Below, one piece after another: positions 6,741-13,668 of a DNA stretch of 13,881 bases (position 1 is the stretch's first letter; every line of letters begins with the position of its first letter). This stretch comes from a bacterium. GTDB lineage: Bacteria; Zhuqueibacterota; Zhuqueibacteria; Zhuqueibacterales; Zhuqueibacteraceae. The position numbers and the translations under genes were made by a program. The notes below the pieces were generated by a model. That model was not told where the DNA came from and made no database searches. It saw only the letters and a program-made list of their open reading frames with translations. The stretch lies in contig JBIOXB010000097.1 of the NCBI GenBank assembly GCA_044869275.1, positions 1-13,881 of the forward strand. The letters run 5' to 3'.

Positions 6741-8942
6741 TCATTTGAGCTCTGCCGTTTTCACCTCAGCGCCGGAAGGCGGAGCTTTGATGCCATTGAG
6801 CGTTCGCGCCACGCCGACCACGTCGCCGGTGCGGTAGAAGTCCACCGCGATCAGGTTTGGCAATTGCCGGCGTTCTTTTTGGCACTCCCGCGCCCGTGCC
6901 AGCAGAAAGTCGTAGGCATTCACGATTTCGGCATTGCTCGGCTTTGGCGCGGGCGTGGTCTCGATCCAATGGTTGATCATAAAAAAGGGCGCTGATTTGT
7001 CGCCGCGATTCGGCCGGCAGGAGAAATCTTCAGGCTTATGAAACGTGTAAGGCGTTTCCTGAATGTACTCGAAGGCCTGATGATACCAGGACACTCCTGC
7101 ACTGTTGTTTTCCGCGAAAACGACCACGCGCTGATCGCTGGCAACCATTTCCCGCAAGGTGGGCCAGGGCGGCGCCATCGGCCCGCGATAAACGAAGTCA
7201 ATGAGACCGCTCTCCTGAAAACAAGCTTCGATGTCTTGCGGCGTAACGCCTTCATCCTGGATGACGATCATTAGCACCTCGTTGGGATTCATCACGAGAA
7301 ACTCCCGAATTTGTACAAGCGTCGGGACCAGCGGGCTCGCGCCCAGCTCGCAGAAGCCATGACACATGTATACGCCACGCTCTCCTTCTTCACTGCCGAC
7401 CAAGCGGTCGCGAATGCGCATCGCGGCATCAACACCCTCTTTGCCCAGCACCGCTTCGTATTTTTTGCGCGCCGTCCCTTCGTCTTCGAGATGGGTTTTG
7501 ATCTTGTCCTCTACCGGCACGCCATAAAGCGCATCGATGAGGAAGCCGCGAATGCCGTGATCCAACTGTGCCGGAATGCCTTTCTCATGATTCGGAAACA
7601 GCCAATTCGGAACATCTGCCCCGGACATGGAATTGTGCGAGGCCGGGAAAACGACTTCATTGAGTCTGCGATCACAAAGCTCCGGATAGCCGTTGCAGGC
7701 CTCGATGGTCTGCGGCGCTGCTGTGGTTTCCGCCGTGCGCGTCAGAAAAAATACGCCCGCTCCTACGAGCACGACGGCGGCCGCGCCGACTAAAAGAACA
7801 CGACCCAGCGGCAAGCTACCTTCCTCGGCAGCAGAGAGGTCTTCGGTTGCTTTCTGAACTTCCGCATGAGGAAGAAAGCGCAGCAGCAGGCTAAAAAGCT
7901 CACGCAGGCCAATGAAGAAGATGAGGAGTCCGGCCAGAAAGGCGAAGATCGTCAAGGCAGCGTTGGGGGCGAGGCTGATCAATCCGCCCACCAAAAGCAG
8001 CACCACGCCGCGCAGCAACCATGTCCTCGTGCTTACCGCTGGAATCGTGAGCCAACGCCATACGGCCCTGCCCATCTCTTCCAATTTCACCCGTTCAAAT
8101 AAGGAGTTCACCGCGGCGGCAAGGATGAGGCCGATGCCTCCCAGCACCAGTGCCCACGTCATGAAGCCGCCGAGAAAGGCGCGCCACATGCCGGCGGCAG
8201 CCTGGCCAATCGCGGGATCGCGCGCCAGGTGCGCGAGAATTTCTCCGCCGAATCTCACGGTCAGGCGCAACACCAGCGCGATAATCGCGAGGCTGACACC
8301 GAGGCGAAACAAGCTCATGCGGTGCGCCGGCGAAAGCATCACACCAACAACGCACATGCCCACGCCAAAGATGATCAGGGCAAGCGCGCTCAAGCGCGAG
8401 CGACGGGCGACGCGCATGAAATCGAGAGCTATCTGGCCGCCTGGCGCTTCATCGGAGTCTCCGACCAGAGCCGTGACTTGCGGCGGAATTTTTTTGGCCA
8501 GCTCCGGATTGGTTGACAACGCGCTGTGCAGAATCACTCCGACGTCCGACAAATTGAGCAGCATGCGCTGGGCGCGGCCGGACATCATGGTTTCGTGGCC
8601 CGCACGCGCGGCCCGGCGCACAATGCCGCGAAAAGGCTCCGAAGCGATCATCGTGCGCGTCGTGGCGGAGATGATCGGCCCAAACGCGGTGAGATCGCGC
8701 TGCTTGGCGATCAGGCCCGCGGTGACGCGATCGGCAATGAGCGCGGACACGCCCGGATCCGCCAGACCCGCCGCCACACGATCGGCAAACGCTTCCGAGT
8801 TGAACAACACCCGCGAGGCATACGCCAGCAAGACGCCGAGCGTCAAAGCGACAATGCCCAGCACACTGCAAGCCGCCCCGAGGTAGGCGCGGACTGACTT
8901 GCGGTTTCGCGATACTTCTGACGAAGTGGTCGAGGTGCTCAC
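6741..8942 (-). CDS. Multi-pass membrane protein fused to a C-terminal PI-PLC-X-like phosphodiesterase domain (~733 aa)
   Basis: Several hydrophobic helices in the N-terminal ~400 aa. C-terminal CNG-x-x-ELC-x-R, HNS, QL-x-x-GIR-x-x-x-ID, CHG, FL-x-x-NPNEV, WPTL-x-EM and PN-x-IAVDFY motifs. Start reassigned to GTG 8942 behind SD GGAGGAG; the ORF-track extension is translated repeat E5. Confidence 0.8.
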   Translation of the reverse strand: MSTSTTSSEVSRNRKSVRAYLGAACSVLGIVALTLGVLLAYASRVLFNSEAFADRVAAGLADPGVSALIADRVTAGLIAKQRDLTAFGPIISATTRTMIASEPFRGIVRRAARAGHETMMSGRAQRMLLNLSDVGVILHSALSTNPELAKKIPPQVTALVGDSDEAPGGQIALDFMRVARRSRLSALALIIFGVGMCVVGVMLSPAHRMSLFRLGVSLAIIALVLRLTVRFGGEILAHLARDPAIGQAAAGMWRAFLGGFMTWALVLGGIGLILAAAVNSLFERVKLEEMGRAVWRWLTIPAVSTRTWLLRGVVLLLVGGLISLAPNAALTIFAFLAGLLIFFIGLRELFSLLLRFLPHAEVQKATEDLSAAEEGSLPLGRVLLVGAAAVVLVGAGVFFLTRTAETTAAPQTIEACNGYPELCDRRLNEVVFPASHNSMSGADVPNWLFPNHEKGIPAQLDHGIRGFLIDALYGVPVEDKIKTHLEDEGTARKKYEAVLGKEGVDAAMRIRDRLVGSEEGERGVYMCHGFCELGASPLVPTLVQIREFLVMNPNEVLMIVIQDEGVTPQDIEACFQESGLIDFVYRGPMAPPWPTLREMVASDQRVVVFAENNSAGVSWYHQAFEYIQETPYTFHKPEDFSCRPNRGDKSAPFFMINHWIETTPAPKPSNAEIVNAYDFLLARARECQKERRQLPNLIAVDFYRTGDVVGVARTLNGIKAPPSGAEVKTAELK

Positions 8943-8956
8943 AAAACTCCTCCTTC

Positions 8957-9043
8957 CAAATTTTAAATCCAAAGTCCAAAATCCAAAAATCAAATCAATC
9001 TCGCTTGTCGGCCTTCTTGAGTTTTGTGCTTTGGGCTTTGTGC
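8957..9043. repeat. Heptamer palindrome element E5
   Basis: A-arm CAAATTT TAAATCC AAAGTCC AAAATCC AAAAATC (8957-8991), 24-nt loop, T-arm CTTGAGT TTTGTGC TTTGGGC TTTGTGC (9016-9043), 5 nt from the stop at 9049-9051. Confidence 0.88.
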
Positions 9044-9048
9044 TTTTG

Positions 9049-9951
9049 TTAAAATGTTATGGAAAAACCGAGTTTCAAGGACTCGAATGTCAAGGGTGTC
9101 TCGGTCTCAAAAGGCCAGTTCATACTGTCGCGCATCTGCCAATAGTAAAGGTACGTCATGCCATTCTGAAGAACGAAATACAAAATGGGCCCCAGAACGG
9201 GCGAGGAGCCCACGATTTGCTCTCCGTACAAAGCGATCCCGGAATAGCCGATGGACTGCAAGGTAAAGCTGCCGAGCCATTTGGCGAAGAGATGCCGGGG
9301 AAAAATCACGGCGTATTCGTACCCGCCGGTGAGCGAAACGGCCTTGAACAAGCCCAGTTTGATGCCGGCTTCAGAAGCCTGGCCGAATCGGAAAGAGCCT
9401 TGGTATCTGTCCAATAACTGGATCTCCTCGGGCGACAGCCCTTCTGTGCTGCCGGGCTCGACTTTGGTCCAAGCCAGAGAAAGAAAGGCATACGGCAAAA
9501 GATCGAATGCTCCGGCCCTATAGCCATATCCCGTGCGGTTGCCAGTGCCGAATCTGGTGGCCTTGGTGACCTCGGCTCCCACGGCTTCGTAGTTATAATC
9601 CATGTCCTTCGAAATGTAGCTACCGTACAAATAACGGTCATCAATGGAGTAGATGTGATCCTTGAATTGTTTGATCTCGCTGAAGCCGATTTTGATCTCC
9701 GCCAGGCCGACTTCGGAGAAATCAATTGCAAAGCCTCTGTGTTTAGGCGTGCCCAGGCCGTAATTCGCTTCGAGGAAGGGACGAAAATCACCTTTCCATG
9801 CCCAATCCATGGGATTCTCCGAACTGCCGCTTTTAGCTGCTTGAGCCGTATCGCTTCCGGCAGGAGACAGTCGCGTTGCCTGTGCAACCAGTTCTTGCGA
9901 GCACAAGGCTGCCATGAACAGAGTGACAAGACAGAGCTTGCTTTTTGCCAT
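9049..9951 (-). CDS. Hypothetical exported protein, probable outer-membrane beta-barrel (~300 aa)
   Basis: Signal-like MAKSKLCLVTLFMAALCSQELVA|Q after SD AAGGA; alternating-pattern strands; C-terminal LKLGFSITF barrel signature. Alternative start ATG 9999 overlaps the upstream TGA. Confidence 0.65.
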   Translation of the reverse strand: MAKSKLCLVTLFMAALCSQELVAQATRLSPAGSDTAQAAKSGSSENPMDWAWKGDFRPFLEANYGLGTPKHRGFAIDFSEVGLAEIKIGFSEIKQFKDHIYSIDDRYLYGSYISKDMDYNYEAVGAEVTKATRFGTGNRTGYGYRAGAFDLLPYAFLSLAWTKVEPGSTEGLSPEEIQLLDRYQGSFRFGQASEAGIKLGLFKAVSLTGGYEYAVIFPRHLFAKWLGSFTLQSIGYSGIALYGEQIVGSSPVLGPILYFVLQNGMTYLYYWQMRDSMNWPFETETPLTFESLKLGFSITF

Positions 9952-9995
9952 CGAACACTTTCCTTCTGTTTCAGTTATCAGTGAGGATCTGATCT

Positions 9996-10658
9996 TCATC
10001 CTCCCAGCGCGATAGTGATGCCGACCAAGACCAGGCCGAGGACAACCATCGCAAGGCCCACGCGCCACGGAGCATAGCCCGCGTGGCGTCCCAGGGAATA
10101 GCCCACCATAAACAGCATGATAATGGCGACGCCGTTCGAAATGCGCAGCGCCAGCATGGCATTGCGCATCACCAAGAACGGAACGACCACCGGAAACGTG
10201 GACAGAAAGACCAACAAGAACACGCCGAGCGCGCCGCTGAAATCTTCGCGAACCAGGCGCGGAGAAGCGGGCGACTCGGGCCGGCGCTGCAGTTGCAGGC
10301 GCATCGCTTCCAGCTCCGCCGGACCCAGAACGGCGGCGATGGCCGGAGGCAGCGCCGCCGCAATGAGGCGAGAGGCCTCTTCCGGCGCCGTGGCCTGGTG
10401 CACGCGCCGCAGCGTGAGCAAGTCGCGCCCGCGCTCGCTAAGCGTATTCATGAGGTACATCACCGCATCGACCAGCCCCCAAGCCAGATTGCAGCCCAGC
10501 GCGCCAAAGAGCATTGTCCGGATTTCCTCCCGGCCCGCAGTAGCGGCGCTCAACGAGCCGGTAAAGGAGAGCACCATGATCAATCCGAACAGAATCTCCG
10601 AGGCGCGTTCGACCGGATCCAGCACCTGGCGGCGTTTTTCAGTTTGAGTTGCTGCCAT
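9996..10658 (-). CDS. VIT1/CCC1-family-like membrane protein (~220 aa)
   Basis: LDP-x-ER-x-SEILFGLIM-x-L-x-FTG and GCNLAWG-x-x-DAVMY; two N-terminal TMs, a soluble loop, then three C-terminal TMs including FP-x-x-x-PF. Start taken as ATG 10658. Confidence 0.7.
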   Translation of the reverse strand: MAATQTEKRRQVLDPVERASEILFGLIMVLSFTGSLSAATAGREEIRTMLFGALGCNLAWGLVDAVMYLMNTLSERGRDLLTLRRVHQATAPEEASRLIAAALPPAIAAVLGPAELEAMRLQLQRRPESPASPRLVREDFSGALGVFLLVFLSTFPVVVPFLVMRNAMLALRISNGVAIIMLFMVGYSLGRHAGYAPWRVGLAMVVLGLVLVGITIALGG

Positions 10659-10660
10659 AT

Positions 10661-10776
10661 GAAATTCAAAATGCAAAATTCAAAATCCAAAGTTCAGACC
10701 TCATGCGAGGGTTTTTGAATTTTCCGCATCACCGCTTGGGCTTCGTATTTTGGATTTTGTGCTTTGGCCTTTGTGC
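10661..10776. repeat. Heptamer palindrome element E6
   Basis: A-arm GAAATTC AAAATGC AAAATTC AAAATCC AAAGTTC AGACCTC (10661-10702), 32-nt loop with inner ATGCG/CGCAT, T-arm of 6 units (10735-10776) abutting the PPK2 stop; fills essentially the whole intergenic space. Confidence 0.9.
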
Positions 10777-11679
10777 TTACTTATTCAGCAACGCCTTTTT
10801 GATTTCGGCCAACTCCTGCATTTTTTCCTCGCTGACTTCCGGATATTTCAGGTCGAGTCCAGCCAGCGTATCGATAACCGCGGCGGCAACGACCAAGCGC
10901 GTGAACCATTTGTTGTCGGCCGGCGCCACGTACCACGGCGCCTGTTTTGTCGCCGTATGGCAAATCATATCCTCGTATGCTTCCATATAATCGCCCCAGA
11001 ACTCGCGTTCTTTGGCGTCGGCGGCGGAGAATTTCCAGTGCTTCTCCGAATTGTCCAGGCGTTCCAGGAAGCGCTTTTTCTGTTCTTTTTTGGAAACATG
11101 CAGAAAGAATTTGCAGAGGGCGATGCCGTTGTGCGAAAGGTAGCGTTCGAAATTGCGGATGTCTTCGAAACGCTCCTGCCAAATGTCTTTGGTGATGAGC
11201 TCGAGCGGGAGCTTTTGCTTCTCCAAAAACTCGGGATGCGTCCGCACCACCAAGACTTCCTCGTAATAAGAACGGTTGAAGATGCCGATGCGGCCGCGCT
11301 CCGGCAGGCATTTCGTGCAGCGCCACAGATAGTCATGGTCGAGATCATCGCTCGTCGGTGCTTTGAACGAAAAAACCTGGCAGCCCTGCGGATTGACGCC
11401 GGACATGACGTGCTTGATGGCGCCGTCCTTGCCGGCGGCATCCATGGCTTGGAAAATGACCAGCACCGCCCACTTGTCCTGCGCATAGAGCCGTTCCTGC
11501 AATTCTGCCAATGCCTCCACGCCCATTGCCAGCGCTTCCTTTGCGCGCGGCTTGTCTTCATCTTTGAATTCGAGCGTATCGCCGGGGTCAAAGTCCTTTA
11601 GGCGAAAATCTTTGCCATTGGTCACTTGAAAAGGCGCGGCGAGCTTGCGCGCCGATTTGATGATTTCTTTGATTTCCAT
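10777..11679 (-). CDS. ppk2: Polyphosphate kinase 2 family protein (polyP:nucleotide phosphotransferase, probably class III)
   Basis: Walker A QAMDAAGKDG, FKAP, HDYLWR, Walker B region IFNRSYYEEVL, K-x-FLHVSK-x-EQ, WKFS and APWY; SD GGAGGT upstream. Confidence 0.93.
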   Translation of the reverse strand: MEIKEIIKSARKLAAPFQVTNGKDFRLKDFDPGDTLEFKDEDKPRAKEALAMGVEALAELQERLYAQDKWAVLVIFQAMDAAGKDGAIKHVMSGVNPQGCQVFSFKAPTSDDLDHDYLWRCTKCLPERGRIGIFNRSYYEEVLVVRTHPEFLEKQKLPLELITKDIWQERFEDIRNFERYLSHNGIALCKFFLHVSKKEQKKRFLERLDNSEKHWKFSAADAKEREFWGDYMEAYEDMICHTATKQAPWYVAPADNKWFTRLVVAAAVIDTLAGLDLKYPEVSEEKMQELAEIKKALLNK

Positions 11680-11779
11680 AGATTGGGTTACCTCCCTTTG
11701 ATTTATTCGAGGTGCGATTGACTTTTCAAACGCGGGATAAATCTCTCCAAGTTTTGGGTCTGGTTAATTCATAAAATCA

Positions 11780-11918
11780 AACCGCGGAGTCGCTGAGTTT
11801 GCAGTGAACTTCAAACTATCGAATTCGCGTTTGTTCGATGTGAAAGTAATGTGCTCTTGAATCTTGTCACCCTATTCTCAACTCTTTCAAGCTCCGCGCT
11901 CTTGGCGACTCTGCGGTT
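11780..11918. repeat. Long-loop imperfect inverted repeat of CGCRGAG-type units (8-9-nt period)
   Basis: Left AACCGCGGAGTCGCTGAGTTTGCAGTG (11780-11806); reverse complement of right arm (11892-11918) AACCGCAGAGTCGCCAAGAGCGCGGAG; outer 13 of 14 nt match; 85-nt spacer. Confidence 0.75.
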
Positions 11919-11937
11919 ATGTGTCATTCAGCTTAGA

Positions 11938-13644
11938 TCATTTGCGTTGCAGATCATCCACCGCATCGGCGACAGTGGTAAAGCGATTGATGCCGCCGAG
12001 CTTGTCGTCTACACCTTCGGCCCGGAGCCGGTCGCGCACCGCGGCGCGGGCCTCAACGGCCTGGACGCGGATGCCCATGCCGGCCAGCTCATTGGCGAGC
12101 CCGGCAAGCGCTTGCGCGCTTTGCATGTCCACGCGCGGCGCGGCAGAGAGATCCAGCACGACGGCCTTGGGCGGGGTGGATTGAGCATGCACGTGATCGA
12201 GTATATCGTCGCAGACGTGATCCACATTGAAGTAAACCAGGCCGGATTCGGGCCGGAAAATCAGCACACTCGGAATCAGCTCGTTGTCCGGATGCCGCTC
12301 GCGATCCGAAAAACGCCGCGTGCCGGGAATGCGACCCAGGAAGGCGACGTGCGGTTGAGACGCGCGGCGGAGCAACTGCACGAGCGAGATGATGGCGCCG
12401 ATCAACACGCCGCGGAGCAGGCCGGACCCCAGCACGCCCAGGAGCGCAGCCACGGCAACGACGAACTCGGGACGGTCGCCGCGCCAAAGCTGTTTTAGCG
12501 TTGAGAGCTTGAACAAGCCGGCCACTGCCACCAGCACCACCGCCGCGAGTACGGGCTGCGGTAGCGCATGCAGGAGGTGCGAGAAGAACAAGACCACCGC
12601 CAAAACGATTCCCGCCGCGATCAGCCCGGACATGGGTGTGTGCGCGCCGCCGCCTTCGTTCACCACGGACTGCGACATGCCGCCGCTCACGGGAAAGCCA
12701 CGGCCCAACCCCGCCGCGAGGTTGGCCGCGGCGAGCGCGAGGAATTCCTGGTTCGCCTCGAGCCGGCCGCCGTGCTTGGCCGTGAACATGCGGCCGATGG
12801 CGGCCGTTTCCACCGCGCCCAGCAAGAAACACGCGAACGCGAGCGGCAGCAGCTCATTCAGATCAGTCAAATGAATGGCGGGCAGGCCGATTGCCGGCAG
12901 CCCTTGCGGCACTTCGCCAAGCAGCTTCACGCCGCGTGCTTCCAAACCGAGCCACGCTGAGGCGACAATGCCGCCGATGACGACGAACAACGCCACCGGC
13001 TTGTTTTTGAGGAACATCTTGCCCAGCACCAGCACCGTGAGCGCGGTCAGGCCGATCCCCAGGGACGCGGAGTTCGTGTCACTCAAATGCTTGAAGAAGT
13101 GCGCACTGTTTTCCCAGAAATCCCCGTGCGTACCGTGAAAGCCAAACAGCTTGGGCAACTGCGTGCTGGCGAGAAAGAGCGCCACGCCGCATTTGAATCC
13201 GGTCATGACGCTTTCCGAGATGAAATTCACGATCGCGCCTGCCTTTGCCAGCCACGCGAGGAAGCCGAGCAGCGCCACCAGCAGCGCCGTGCCCGCCGCA
13301 AGTGCGCCGAAACGCGCGAGGTCGCCACCCGCAATGCCTCCGAGCGACGCGCCGACGAGCAGCGAGATCGCGGAGGTGACGGTGATGGCGGTGTGGCGCG
13401 AGCTGCAAAACAGCCAGAAGACCAACCCACTAAACAAGCACGCGTAAAGCCCGGCTTCGGGCGGGAGATTGGCAAGGGAGGCATCTCCCAGGCCCGCCGG
13501 CAACAAATAAGCCGCAAGTGTGATCCCCGCGATCAAGTCACCGTGCAGCCAGCTCTTGTCATAATGACGCAGCCAGTGCAGCGCTGGAATAAACCGTATA
13601 AAGCCGTTTGGCGGCGAGTAAGTTTTGTGTGGTGTGGTGTTCAT
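11938..13644 (-). CDS. SulP/SLC26 family inorganic anion transporter with STAS domain (568 aa)
   Basis: DLIAGITLA...LA-x-LPPEAGLYA signature, GSSRH-like CSSRH, ISESV-x-x-GF, NQEFLAL, FPVSGGMSQS, and STAS motifs L-x-YFN and VVLDLS-x-x-x-x-VD. Confidence 0.93.
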   Translation of the reverse strand: MNTTPHKTYSPPNGFIRFIPALHWLRHYDKSWLHGDLIAGITLAAYLLPAGLGDASLANLPPEAGLYACLFSGLVFWLFCSSRHTAITVTSAISLLVGASLGGIAGGDLARFGALAAGTALLVALLGFLAWLAKAGAIVNFISESVMTGFKCGVALFLASTQLPKLFGFHGTHGDFWENSAHFFKHLSDTNSASLGIGLTALTVLVLGKMFLKNKPVALFVVIGGIVASAWLGLEARGVKLLGEVPQGLPAIGLPAIHLTDLNELLPLAFACFLLGAVETAAIGRMFTAKHGGRLEANQEFLALAAANLAAGLGRGFPVSGGMSQSVVNEGGGAHTPMSGLIAAGIVLAVVLFFSHLLHALPQPVLAAVVLVAVAGLFKLSTLKQLWRGDRPEFVVAVAALLGVLGSGLLRGVLIGAIISLVQLLRRASQPHVAFLGRIPGTRRFSDRERHPDNELIPSVLIFRPESGLVYFNVDHVCDDILDHVHAQSTPPKAVVLDLSAAPRVDMQSAQALAGLANELAGMGIRVQAVEARAAVRDRLRAEGVDDKLGGINRFTTVADAVDDLQRK

Positions 13645-13668
13645 TGATCGAAATGCAAAAACCAGAGT

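Noticed and set aside
10000..10068. ORF-track N-terminus of the 339-aa ORF
   Set aside because: It overlaps the VIT-like gene; a signal peptide and SD support 9951 (or 9999).
82..10776. Elements as a CRISPR array
   Set aside because: No identical direct repeats with regular spacers; units are dispersed between genes; no cas genes.
82..10776. Elements as integron attC sites (palindrome after each co-oriented gene)
   Set aside because: No consistent RYYYAAC...GTTRRRY boundaries, no integrase, and the genes are long metabolic genes. Only the layout is analogous.
82..10776. Elements as ordinary intrinsic terminators
   Set aside because: Stems are long, AT-rich and mismatched, lack a GC hairpin plus U-tract, and one lies within a coding region.
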